Positions 15,108-15,138 of a stretch of DNA of 15,138 nucleotides are shown here, in pieces (within the stretch, counting starts at the first letter, position 1; each line of letters starts with the position of its first letter). The stretch is from Spirochaetales bacterium (GTDB lineage Bacteria; Spirochaetota; Spirochaetia; JABEVK01), in NCBI GenBank assembly GCA_037142615.1, contig JBAXAI010000057.1:1-15138 (forward strand), written 5' to 3'. A program made the position numbers and the translations under genes. Below the pieces are notes generated by a model. The model did no database searches, was not told the origin of the DNA, and saw only the letters and a list, made by a program, of their open reading frames with translations.

Positions 15108-15138
15108 AAACTTTTGCCCTTCCTAAGCTTTTCTTAGG
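15084..15138. repeat. Right terminal inverted repeat (probable IS end)
   Basis: Reverse complement of 1-54 plus one extra base; contains hairpin CCTAAG-CTTTT-CTTAGG at 15122-15138. Confidence 0.9.

Noticed and set aside
1-15138. Complete linear plasmid or phage with terminal inverted repeats, or an autonomous Tn3 transposon
   Set aside because: No replication, terminal-protein, capsid or transposase gene. The repeats interrupt genes, are assembler-k-mer sized, and lack Tn3-type GGGG termini.

Overview
GC-rich accessory segment, probably from a spirochaete-like bacterium (inference from the lipoprotein signal and gene families). It is bounded by a perfect 54-bp inverted repeat (1-54 / 15084-15137) that looks like two IS ends or contig-break repeats; the repeat cuts a sirtuin gene on the left and overlaps the start of a serine resolvase on the right. 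Gene content in order: 5'-truncated Sir2/CobB deacylase; degenerate Macro-domain gene; a tightly coupled 10-gene operon of mostly hypothetical, membrane and Zn-ribbon proteins including a SLOG (YspA-like) protein; an XRE regulator divergent from a secreted caspase-family (C14) coiled-coil protein and an FN3/InlB-repeat/NHL lipoprotein; a frameshifted RES-domain gene; a small Cys4 ORF; a resolvase. The most striking observation is in the 1603-2076 intergenic region. It holds three copies of a SAM-II-riboswitch-like pseudoknot (P1-G(A/U)UUU...CUUGC-P1'...GCUAAA...SD) with covarying stems, two of them starting exactly where back-to-back symmetric promoters would initiate. They sit upstream of a Macro-domain gene and an operon with no recognisable methionine/SAM gene, in a window enriched in NAD+/ADP-ribose domains (Sir2, Macro, SLOG, RES). 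All family calls are from motif recognition by eye, not database searches.
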